From Patellaria atrata CBS 101060 (taxonomy: Eukaryota): a stretch of DNA of 64,000 bases. Of this stretch, positions 12,665 through 24,171 are shown in pieces (the stretch's first letter is position 1; every line of letters starts with the position of its first letter). The position numbers and the translations under genes were made by a program. The notes beneath the pieces are model-generated. The model was not told the DNA's origin and ran no database searches. It saw nothing but the letters and a program-made list of their open reading frames with translations. Where the stretch lies: assembly GCA_010093705.1 (NCBI GenBank), contig MU006116.1, positions 161,424 to 225,423 on the forward strand, read 5' to 3'.

Positions 12665-14402
12665 ATAGATATACCGCCCCGAAAGAAAGACAAAGTTACC
12701 AAAGTCTCAACCTTATCAACGACGAAGGAAGAAACAGCATCCTCGTCCGACATCCTTCCTCTGTTATCCTCCTTGCTCCCCGGTAACGATAGCGAACCTC
12801 CCTCCCTTGGATTTCTCGACGGGTCAATCGGAGTCCAAGCTCTCCTAGCATCACCGTATATAAAACGTTTCAACCAAAAGTTTAAAAAGACAACAGGCCA
12901 CGACGCTGCCAAAGTGGTCGTAGGGCTGCAGGCCGCACACGCGGCATATCGATATGTACCGACCGTGATATCGCAACTGAAGCAGTACAGAACCGTCTCA
13001 CGGACTGTTAGTATCTGGGATGCCGTCGCGGAGGACTTTTTAGAGTGGGTTGCAAATCGTGGGGATAATAAAAACTTAAGTCATGCCGAGATAGAAGAAC
13101 CGCCGGGTTATCGAGGGCGATCCCAGGATATATCACCCGATGACCAAGAAGAAGACGCAGAAAAGACGCTGGAGCCTTACATAGTTAAATGGAAAGCCTC
13201 GACGGTACCGGAATGGTTCTGGTGTCAAGGACGGTTCTTCCTACTCGAGTCACCGGACGAAGAAGACAAAATCAAGCCGAGTGTAGTGGGTAACAGCGAG
13301 AAGCCAATTCTGGATCTTGTTAACCACTGCAAAGCAGTTTCAAGCCGACATAAGCGACCATGGGTTGTGGTGCGAGATAACGAGTGTAACGGGAAACTGG
13401 TCACGAAGCGATCGATTGAAACAATTGATCTGGATCCCCAAGTACATGAAGAAATCATGCAAGACTTGGAAGTCTATTTTGATGCTAAAACACGTGCGTA
13501 CTACACGGCGAACGGCATACCCTATCGGCGCGGTATTCTGCTTTATGGACCTCCTGGCACAGGCAAGACTTCATTGTCCAAGGCGATTGCTGGACACTTC
13601 GGCCTTGGGCTTCACATCTTGGACCTCAACACGCTGACGGACGAGAAGGCTTTTCCAGAACTTCGAGAAATTACCGCACAAATACGTGGTATTGTTAGAA
13701 GATATTGACTCCGCTGGTATTCAGCGTGGAAACATGAATAAGAATCCCGAAAGTCCCCAGAAGGTAAGGTAAAGGGAAGAGCATTCAAGGAGTCGACCGA
13801 CCTGTAAATCAACTAACAGCCGACACCGCAACGGGGCCGGAGGCGAAATTCGAAAACCTGATTCTCGTAGCGACGCTACTCTCCGGTTTATTGAACGCGA
13901 TAGGTGGGCTCACGGCTAGGGACGGTCGCCTGTTGATCATGACGACTAACATGATGACTCACTTAGACCCTACGCTGATCCGAGAAGGCCGTATAGACAA
14001 GAAGTACTTCATGGGCTACAGCACCAAAGTCACCGCTACTATTACCTTAAAGCGACTATTTGGCACAGACCCTTGTTGCAAGCACTCGGTGAAGGAAATT
14101 GAGAACCTTTCGAAAAATTTTGGCAAGAAGGTGCCTGAAGGTAAGTTCACCGCTGCCGAAATCCAAGCCTACTGCATGGAGTGCGGCGACAACCGGAAAA
14201 GGCGATGAAGGATTTGGGGGGATGGGCTAGGAAGAGGAGAGAGAAGCCACAAGTTGAGTTCACAGCAGAGGACATGGCTAACTTTTGTAATCGTCATAAC
14301 GGAAATTCGGACAACGAATATTGCGAAGATGATGGCGACGAAGACGAATATGAGGAGGGGGATTATGGCGAGGATCCTGATAAGAGTTATATGGACTCTT
14401 AA
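12665..14402 (+). pseudogene. BCS1-like AAA+ ATPase, frameshifted
   Basis: GIPYRRGILLYGPPGTGKTS (Walker A). Walker B VVLLEDID lies in another frame after about 13650. LNAIGG...MTTN...LDPTLIREGRID follows. Second frameshift at about 14192 before PEKAMKDLGGW. No in-frame ATG; in-frame ATA at 12665. Confidence 0.8.
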
Positions 14403-15390
14403 CGGTGACGATTGGCACACCGGTAGACCTATAGAGGATGAGTACGAAGACATGCGTGACACCTTCGCGGTCAACGCCACGGATCAGGACGTTGACTCTC
14501 AAGAAGATGATGACGAGCATTGGTCCACCGCGGAAGAATATCTTTCCGAGCGCGAGGCTGATAACCACGTCGAGAGGAAGTCCCCAGTGAGTCTCTCGTC
14601 CTCACTCAAGGCGATAGCTAACCCTATCCATCCAGCTGCTCTCGAAATTCTTGATCCCGTCCTCGCGGTTCCTGGCGCGAGACATCTGAACTCTCCGCAG
14701 CCGATCCTTCTCCTACACCTAGTCCACCTTTGAGGTCGGTATCCCCTCGACCGATGGAAGACACGGAAGAGATAAAAGCTTTGACCCTCATCCACGACCC
14801 CGAAGAAGAAGAGACTGGTTACCTCTCGAGTTTGTTGAACTCTTTAGGATCTGTCGGGCTGGTTGGAAACTGAATCTGATGTAGACAATATAGTCCCTGA
14901 ACTATCGGTTGGGTAAGTATAAATAACAAACTTTGAACAGATAATGGTCTTGATAGTGAGAATGTAAAAGAAGGAAGTATTTATCGAAAAGGTGGCCGAA
15001 TGATGTTGTGAGGTGGATAGAGAGATTCTCATGGTCTGAGGTAAGTGGATTTTTGGACATCATCTGCATGATGTAATATGGAATGTCGGGTAGAAAGGTA
15101 GACTTTTGATAAAGGTATGCAAGTTCGTGAAACAACTGTTGCGTAAACATTGACATACCTCACCATCACAGGATGCAAATAGAGGATCGACGCGAAGACT
15201 CCGCTTGCGGGTCATGTTTCAATCGAATCATATAATACAGTCGTATTATAGGGTTCCCCCCTTTTTTATGTCTAACACAATATATGCATCGTCATCTACA
15301 CCATACATGTCGTCATCGTCGTCAAAATACCCATAAAGATCCATACGTACCCACAACCCCTGAAAATGCGATCTGGTATCAAGTCATACA

Positions 15391-16440
15391 TTACATATTA
15401 ACGGGGCTCTTCTTCCTCAGCTGGCGACTCCTCTTCACATCTCTCTTTCCTTTTGCCTTCATGCCCCACTCGGCTCGGAAGGAGTCGAACATGTTGTGCA
15501 TCCTCTTGTGTTGCTTAGGAGTGAACTCCTCGTAGCACGCATCGTACGAGTAGTCCATGTAGTTATGGATGGGATCCAGACCGGCCGCATCGGGGCAAGA
15601 ATCACGGCCGACTGGGCATCCACGCGTCGCGCTCAATTGCTGAGGAGTATCGGAGATGATGTCCCCAACACCGTCGCAGCTGTTACCCTGGAAGGTATGC
15701 AGGAGACCGAACCAGTGACCGACCTCGTGAGTAAGAGTCTTGCCCAGGTTATAGTTCGTAGCGTTGCCGCCGGGAACTGAGGAGAAAAGGATACTGCAGC
15801 CGTCATAATAAAAGTCCTCCGTCTGCTCGCCCACGAAAGTTGGGAAGTAGCAGTACTGTGAGTAGGTGATTAGCACATTTTGGATTGAGATGGCACGACC
15901 GAGTATGACGTACTCCTAAGTTACCACCAATTTGCTTTTGAAAGTAGACGTTTAGGGCCTTGTAATCTCCTTTTCGAAGCGCAATCTTCATGTCAAGCTC
16001 AGCTGAATCAACAGACCAATTTCCGTTGATGGTGCGGTCTGTTCCCTTCAGATCAAACTGGAAGCCGTAAGGAGCGTACTCCTCGTTCAGAACGGCTATC
16101 TGGTCCGCAAGTTGTTGGTCCTTGACTCACAGTCAGTGATCTGCACGAGCTCCATTTTCACGATCATATTACATACGGTGACGTATCCATCGGCGAGGTT
16201 AGTGCTGGCCGCAACAACATGGAAGTAAGTATCGATAACCACCGGGTCTTCGGCAGCAGCAAAAACTCTAGCACTAGAAGCATCCTGTTCATCAGTAGCT
16301 ACACCCTGCAGCATGGACATGTATTCCTCTGAAGGTGCGGTTCCACATCCGAAACTTCTATCCACTTGACTCCGAGGAAGCATATGAGAAGGGAAAGCTC
16401 GGGAGAGAGCGCCTAAGCTGAGGACAAGTGCTACACGCAT
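15391..16440 (-). CDS. Secreted zinc metalloprotease, M43 (pappalysin-like/MEP1) family
   Basis: Signal peptide [15 protein letters not shown], propeptide FGCGT, metzincin [11 protein letters not shown], Met-turn [10 protein letters not shown]. Introns 16176-16121 and about 15913-15856. Confidence 0.93.
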
Positions 16441-19400
16441 ATTGAAGTGAAGGATGTAAAAGTTCTTAACGAATGAATGTATGACGACTGAACTTGAGCT
16501 TGCCGGTGAAGAGACAAGATTGGAAATAAAGTAGAGAAAGGTGGGATTTAAGTACTGACGTTCAATAGATAGAAGATCTGCAGTTGCTGTGCAATAGGAT
16601 AGCACTGACCAATCATGCTTGACATTAGGCCAGGCAAGACGGGGAAGGCGAGCTGGGATGTTGGGATAGCCCAGGGGGAAGTAAATTAATAGATCATCAA
16701 GTTCCAGATGCGCTGAAGTATGTCAGGCATAGACTACCTGACAGGTCCTAGACACGAAACAAAGCAAAAGGGGAACACAAAACTTACTGGCTACAGTGAC
16801 TTCTTTAGAGCTTACTCCGCCATGTTACTGATGTTAGCCTATATAAAGCCCCTCTGGGACTTCTACTCCTCGGTGGAACCGCCGGGGGGGGAAATGGGGA
16901 GGCAAACGGATAAGGGGATCGATCACCTTGAACGATTGGAGCCCTGCATAATCTTGGCGAAGCAAGAGTGTAGGGAAGCGTATGCTTGGAAGTGCTTGAA
17001 TAAAAATGTACGGGTTGGTGACTTGGGTGTAAGAGTTGGTGCAAGTTTCAGTAGTCGGGAGCTGAGATGAAGAAAGTTCGCAGTGAGAGGAATGTGAGTG
17101 GAGAGATGAGATGAGAGATGCCGGGAAATCGCCGGGGAAAATGCTTCTAATGCTTCGCCCCGGCGGTGATGGCGAACCCGCAAAGAACTTTAGAACTCAG
17201 GCATTACCGACCAATCCCTAAATGGCAGGCGGCAAGAGATGTACCGTACTAATATGATCCTTCCATTATCGTATCAAACGGTTATCTCGATAAATGGCAA
17301 AAAGACGAGTTTACCTTGGTTTTAGGAACCAGATCTATTGCCGCCACCCAAGGTGTTCTGTACTCCGTAAGGTAGTTCTATTCTGTCCTACGAGTCTGGG
17401 ACCATGATGTTTGCCTCCCAACTTCTTTAATTCGATCCGTTGTCCGACCGAAAGCATCTCACAGGTTTGATATTCGTGGGAATCTTATTATTAGTCTGTT
17501 TTCCATCTTTCTCAAGCTTAGAACTAGAGAATCTTGGGCGATGATCACCTTCCCGCTGTCCACGAGCTGGTTTGAAACGGCTGTTTTGCACTATGGCATC
17601 GGGGCGCAGTAATAAGACCTATCTATACGGAGTAAGGTAGTTCTATCTTCTTTACGGAATAGTAATACAGTCTCGTGTCCAAGGTCCAGATATATTGCGA
17701 TTGTCGTTTCTGTAACATCGGTTGCATGTCTTTTTCCCAGAACAGTGGAAGAGGACGAGGATAGATCCTTCTCTACCTTTACTCTCCAAAGTACCTTTTA
17801 CTTCTACCAACCGGAAAAGTTTCTTCTCCTTGACCGACTGGAACCGAGGCACGCGTATCCTCCATCCTCGTAGAGTCTGCCTCGTAGAGTCTGCGGTACC
17901 CCGCCGCCGCTCAATAATAATAATAACAATGATCATAATAATGATAGTCTCATTGTTGGCCATTAATAATCAACTGATATTGTTCCCGAATTTGGAATCA
18001 AGAAATAGGATCCGACAAAAAGACCGGTCGTGTGTATGCCTGATCCCCCCCTTGGCCACTGTTGGTATGGCAGTAGATGCTGAGGCTGAGGCTGAGGCTG
18101 AGGCTAAGACTTCGGCAGAGCCAGACGCAGAGGCTTAGGTTCTTGAACTTTTCGAACCCTATTGTATCACCTTTCAAACTTCATCAACTTCATCTTTATC
18201 CCATCTTCGTATCAGTTCTATCTTAACCTTCATTTTAGAGGCGTATGAACGGCACGGTTGAGCGCTTGGAAAGGACATGCATTTGAAAGCCGCTTGAACG
18301 GTTATTACCAACTCTTTATGGCCCTGCTCGGACTACTTCATGGACCGTCATAGGCATATCACCAAGTCAACCATGCCGCAATCCTCCCAGCATATCAAAA
18401 CCCGGAATCGTCCATCGTTAGATGTCAAGTTCTCGCTTTCGCTGATCGCTTGCTACAATCAAGAGTGGTTCGAAAGAAGCGAAGTAGACCTGAAGCATCT
18501 ATCAGTAAACCTAGAATCATTTGAAAGGAACTAGTATCAGCGAGACTCTGCGGTTACTTCTCTGTTACTAATCTCCTTGCTTGCTGCTTCATTCGATCAA
18601 ATCCATCTCCATCTCAATCGACCATAACACTACCTTATTCCCGTCGGCTTTGGACAATATTCCCTTTATCCTCAGGTTAGAGGATATCCCAGTAACGCAG
18701 AAATTACTGAGTGTGTTAAACGTCTTAAGGTCTGTTATTCGCGGAGTTCGACTTGAAACCTGACGAGACATTCTACAGACAACAGAGGTAGGCTACTGGG
18801 CGTAGTTATACGTTATTATTTCTTACTCCTTTAGCAAATCCTCATCGTATTATCTTTTCACGTTTATGGGTGATGGTATGGATCTCTAGCCGCTTCGGTC
18901 GTTTCTCCGTGATCTACTTGGGATCCCGTATTCATATCCAACTCTTTTCTGCTTCTAGAACTCCAGTCAATCGATTTAGATATAACGATATCTATTGGGT
19001 GTAATGATGGAACTATTAAATCTGACAACTGTATATCAACTTACAGTGTCTCGTAGAAGATAGCTTTTCAGTTATTGTAATGATAATTTTAAGCGTGCGG
19101 TGGGTGAAGGAGCACCCGAGAGGGGAGGATAGGGATGCAAGAGGATTTATAAGTTATCCTATGTACTCTTACATCTCTGCACTACACCACTAAGAGATTT
19201 CCTGGCACAGTACCCCACTTCCCATGTTACTGTACAGTCGGGACATCAGGGTAGTATCGACCTTCAATGTACAATTGTACGTCAGCGAGTGTGGTGAGGA
19301 TAGAGAGGAAACATCATCGATTCTCAATGAGCTGTTATAATATATACATTCTGTGCTGATAAATAGGAATGCAGAGACCTTTTAACCTCCTTCCACATTC

Positions 19401-20513
19401 CCTTAAAAAATCGCTTCCATTACTATAGTCAGTGCTTCACGCCTGAAAGCTTAATTGATCGGACGCTAGAAGGCATGATAAAGGTATTACTTAATCCCCG
19501 ACATCTTCAACTAGCTAAACATCATTAAATAGGAAGCTGATGATCCTTTTATGCTATACTATATAGACTCTACCTTGTGCAATCCGATCCCCGAATACAA
19601 AGGAACGACGTCCTTCCACCAACCGGCACGCATTTAGAAACTAAACAAGACCACGGCAACAATAAATCGGTATGACTGAATAGAGTCTACTGACTAGAAC
19701 TTTAGTCTTAAACCACGGTTTTTGTTCGCCTTGCAAAGCACCTTCGTCACCCTCGAAATAGGACTACCATGGCGCCTTCTCCACCCGTTATATTTCTATA
19801 TTTCATCCGATTTCTTCCCAACCCGAGGAACAGGATGCAATACATCACTGGAAATCGTGTAGTAATACGTTGTTATCGCTCCCAAGGATACATCGGGGCT
19901 TCAGGGGCTCGTCTAAGATTCTACGAGCGTTTATAACACCCACTTTGAGCGAGAGGGCGAGAAGGTCGCCGCGTCGGTCTGGCGCACAGTAGTGGAAGAA
20001 AGATTAAGAAAACAGCCTGAAGAATTGAGTCAGTATCATCTGCTCTTTTATTATCGTACATTTTACGGAAGCGCCATCCCCGTAGCCATTATGCCAAGAA
20101 CAATCTCCTCCCAGGGTCAAGCTTAAAGGCGAAACAGGTATTCCCAAAAGGGAACGAATGGTTGTGGTAGAGCTTGCTTCCCCGCAACATACTCTACATC
20201 CTAGCTCATCAGGTTAGCAAAATCCGGGGTAAAATATTTCTCCATCCTTTCAAGCTCTCTTAAGCTCCTAGGTGCTCCATGTCCATCCGAATACGAACAA
20301 TGTCATGTTTGTTAGCTTAGCCAGGATCTCTGATCAAGATTATGTTCATTCCCGATTGACACTTCTCCAGGTAGATTTATGAGATGTCATCAAACCCCGC
20401 TCATTGAGCCGTCACGGTTATGGCAGTTGAAGGATATAAAGGAACCGGAATAGTAGATCACGACATGATTCAGATTCAACAGACGACCAAGGTTTTCGTG
20501 GCCGTTCACAAAG

Positions 20514-21861
20514 ATGGTTTTCAAGACTCTGTTCATGGCTGCTATGGCCGCATTTCCAGTCCTTACCTCCGCTTTCCCGAATACACCATTCAATACATCG
20601 GGCCGTTGGGTTCTCGATTCTAGAGGTGCTAATTTTACCTATATCGGGGTGAATTGGCCTGGTGCTGGCGAAGTCATGATCCCCGAAGGTCTACAGTATC
20701 AATCTGTCTCTTCTATCGTCAGTAAGATAAAGAGTCTAAATATGAACTCCATTCGATTGACATTTGCAATCGAGATGTTGGATGATATCATTGACAGGGG
20801 CGGAGATGTCACCTTACAGAATGCTTTTAATAAAGCCCTTGGGAATACCAATGGGCCTAAAGTTTTACAACAAGTCATTAGCAAGAATCCAAGTTTCACC
20901 GCGAGCACAACGAGGTTACAGGTCTTTGATGCGATAGCTGCGGAATGCGCGAAGCAAAGCATTTACGTTCATCTCGATAACCATATGTCGAAAGGTGCTT
21001 GGTGTTGCAACACTGGTGATGGAAATTCCTGGTTTGGTGATACATACTTCAACACCAACAATTGGAAGAGAGGTCTACAGTATATAGCGGATCATGTTTG
21101 TCTTTGCTTTCTTTGGATTCGACTAAATTCCTCCATTTCATTTAAGCTAATCATCCATTGCAGGGGAAAGCATGGCCCAACCTCATCAGTATTGGCTTAA
21201 GAAACGAATTTCGAAAACCTTCCAACGCTGGCTCCTCATTACCATATAACTGGGCCACTTGGTACACCCAAGTGATTTCAGCTGCGGATACGGTGAACAA
21301 AGCTAATCCTGATATTCTCATCTTCCTCTCCGGCCTAGACTTTGACACCACACTATCCCCTATTCCCGGTGCCTCTGACCTTGGCAATGGTCAAAGGTTC
21401 CAGAAGTCATCATTCAGCTATGCCAACAAGCTAGTCCTCGAGTTACACAACTATCAAAACAGCGCAACGAATTGCGATAGCATCAAGAATGGTTTATGGA
21501 ATAACGGATTTAAAGCGTTGGATAAGTCCGCTGTTAATCAAATGCCTGTTGTCCTTACCGAGTTTGGCTATTCCCAAACGGACAATAGTGTTAATAGCGT
21601 TTATGCGAAGTGTTTGGCTCAGTACATGCCAAGTTTGGATGCTGGGTGGATGTACTGGGTTTTGGCTGGAAGCTATTATATTCGAAGTGGAACTCAAGAC
21701 TTTGATGAAGCATGGGGTGAGTAACGATTACATTTTATTTTAGTCTTCATTATATACTTACACAAGTCCCAGGACTTCTGAAAAAAGATTGGTCGGGATG
21801 GAGGAGCCAAAGTTCGGTAGACAATGGTGTTGCCGCTATGGTGAGGGCGTCTCTAGCTTGA
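20514..21861 (+). CDS. Secreted glycoside hydrolase family 5 (resembles subfamily 16 endo-beta-1,6-galactanases)
   Basis: Signal peptide. GVNWPGAGEVMIPEGLQY, HLDNH, acid/base LRNE, LELHNY, nucleophile VLTEFG, GWMYW. Introns about 21096-21162 and 21717-21772; stop TGA ends 21861. Subfamily call is by recalled similarity only. Confidence 0.88.
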
Positions 21862-22179
21862 ACCAACCCGACTTGGACTCTGTCGCTATATAGACGCATT
21901 GTGAGAAGCCCTTTTCATATTAAACATATTCTGTTATTATTGACTGACGAATATTGTATTATAAATTGGTAGAAAAGCATGATCCTTTGCTCATCTACGG
22001 CTAGACACATCCAAGCTGAGGATTATACGATCACGAGTCCTACGTATTAAGATGAAGCTTCTCGTTACTACTTTATCCGTCAACACATGTTCTTTACTTG
22101 CGATCATTAGAGTCGAACGGTGATTCTACCAGTAGCATTCTTTAACCCAAAGATGTCAAATTTTTAAATTCAAGAACTC

Positions 22180-23204
22180 ATTTAGCAGGGAAGGCAGAGC
22201 ACATGACGGATTTATACGTTCCTCTTTCATATCCTCTAAATGAAGACGATGTCATTATTACATTAGTCTTGTAGCGATATGCTGAACAGACTTATACACC
22301 TATCACGGTTTCTTCGGCAGCGCCGATACCAAGCATATCATGGGCCATCTGGTGCTAATGATGGAATGTTCAAATGGGAGCCTGAGGCTATGACATACCT
22401 TAATGTCTGTGTCGTTGAGGAGGAATTTGAGAGATTTGAGTTGACTTCAACGCGTGTGTAACTTAAAACCGCACCACAGCTCCTGCGACATAAAGAAAGA
22501 AGATATATCAATGCGGGATATCCGAAGAAACCCGGGTTCTGGTACTAATTGCAGACCACTCACTCATACCCATCTCCTCAACCAAAGGTAACGACTCTAG
22601 ATGCTCTCTGTCTTCGACAACTTCGCAAACGGATGGTTATGCCCTGACCGGTGCTCTGGCATCCAATCCAGTGATATCGTAACCGTGTTCGGTCTCGGTC
22701 CGTTTGGCTTGCTCTGGGTTTATGTTTTGCGCGCCTTCACGGCGCTTCTAAAATCTACAGCATCGAAAGCCTTCTTTGTAATCTCCGAAAAGCCCTGCCC
22801 AACCGGCGATATTCCGATCGGCTCCACGAAGGTGTCTATTTCGGAACAAATGCTGAAGCTCGAGTCCGCTAGAACAAGCAAAGCCGCTGCAACCGCGTCT
22901 GTTACGAATGCGTCAACATGGATCTCAAACGAGAGTAGAGATACGGTCTTAAATAGAGCGATCCACTAATCCCCTTCAACGACATTCGGGTTAGGGACCG
23001 TCGTGGAGATCAATAAATCTGAGCTCTGGACCAAAGCTAAACTATGCACAGCGTGTTGGTGAACCTAAACCGGCCCTACCGTAGCTCGAATTGACCACCA
23101 GTTGCCGCACGAGGCGAGGGTTTGTAGCGAGTGTCGTTGGCACTGGAATGTATAAAAGGTTTGATTAGAAGCTGAAGACGAAAGCTGTTATCAAAGTTCC
23201 ATGA
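22180..23204 (+). pseudogene. Degraded zinc-dependent alcohol/formaldehyde dehydrogenase (MDR family)
   Basis: Collinear fragments across shifting frames: DLYTYHGFFG...IMGH, ADHSLIPI, FDNFANGW, DIVTVFGLGPFGLL (Rossmann GxGxxG), HGASKIYSIE, GDIPI...EQMLKLE, VCYECVN, YKRFD*KLKTKAVIK. Many stops and indels. Confidence 0.72.
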
Positions 23205-23691
23205 TATAATGAGGATGAGGAAGAAACACTTGATAATGTAGTAGAAGTCAGCGCGAGGTCAACCGTTCAGGGATAGGCGATAGATGGCGTCGTCCACTTG
23301 CAAGATAAGGGATTTTCTTCAAGACATCCTTGTTTCTGATATCACACATTAACACTCAATCCTTGTTTAGACACCTATCACCCCCTAGAATACGCGCTAC
23401 CTACACGGACCCCTTTAGGTGTTATAAAATTCACCAAGGGAAAGAAATCAAACTGAAGGCTCTCAAAATATCCATATCTATTGCTTTAGGCGTAAAGAGG
23501 GTGTCCAGTCGCCACTGTTCTTATATCACATCAATTAGACCAAATAACTACCACCCTAAACTATCCTCAATCAAGCCAGCCCTAGAAACTCCTACAGCGG
23601 GACGATCCTACAAACTTGCGGGATAGTCGTGCGATCGCCTGAGAAACAGAATTTATCAATCCCCTCCTTTTCCCATTAATCCTCAAGGCCA

Positions 23692-24171
23692 CTACATAGT
23701 CGGTGAAGGTGCGGGAAAAGATGGTGCCGGTCCGCTCGGAAAACCCGGGAAGGGCCCCGTAGGGAAGGGGCCTGTAGGGAAAGGCCCGGTTGGGAATGGA
23801 CCAGTCGGGAACGGACCGGTTGGGAATCCTCCAGTGGGGAAACCTGGGAATGGACCAGTCGGGAATGGACCGGTTGGAAATCCACCAGTCGGGAAACCCG
23901 GGAAAGGACCGGTTGGGAATGGACCGGTAGGAAATCCGCCTGTTGGGAACGGTCCCGTGGGGAATGGTCCAGTTGGGAAGGGACCAGTTGGGAAGGGACC
24001 AGTTGGGAATGGAGGAAGGCTGGTAGGGGCTTGTGGCATAGGTGCCGCGGCAGCAAAACTATAACCTGGTTAGTGTCTGAAAACAACAGTACCTTTAGTA
24101 TGGTAGAGAAAGAGTGGCACGTACCTAGCAACAGTGGCGACAACGGCCACGAGAGCTGATTTGAGTTGCAT
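23692..24171 (-). CDS. Small secreted Pro/Gly/Phe/Thr-rich protein made of (P/G)FPTG pentapeptide repeats
   Basis: Exon 1 24171-24125; intron 24124 to about 24059 (GTACGT...CTAAC...TATAG). Spliced N-terminus MQLKSALVAVVATVASFAAAAPMPQ is signal-peptide-like, then 16 FPTG plus 1 FPSG units. TATA-like element (TATAAAAGAG) near 24290. Confidence 0.85.

Noticed and set aside
17652..18771. ORFs containing (GCTGAG)n and (ATA)n repeats, plus a coding-like stretch at 18340-18770
   Set aside because: Explained by simple repeats. The possible relic could not be assigned to any family.
23692..24039. CRISPR-like or NLR amyloid-motif interpretation of the repeats
   Set aside because: 15-bp coding repeats with no spacers. 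The Pro-rich composition is unlike N/Q/G-rich fungal amyloid signalling motifs.
23834..24064. Antisense ORF with GNGPV repeats
   Set aside because: Mirror image of the PFPTG codons. No ATG or signal peptide; the minus-strand model has the intron and TATA support.
23692..24171. Dikaritin/KEP-type RiPP precursor
   Set aside because: No KR/RR Kex2 sites between repeats and no DUF3328 or tyrosinase gene in the window.
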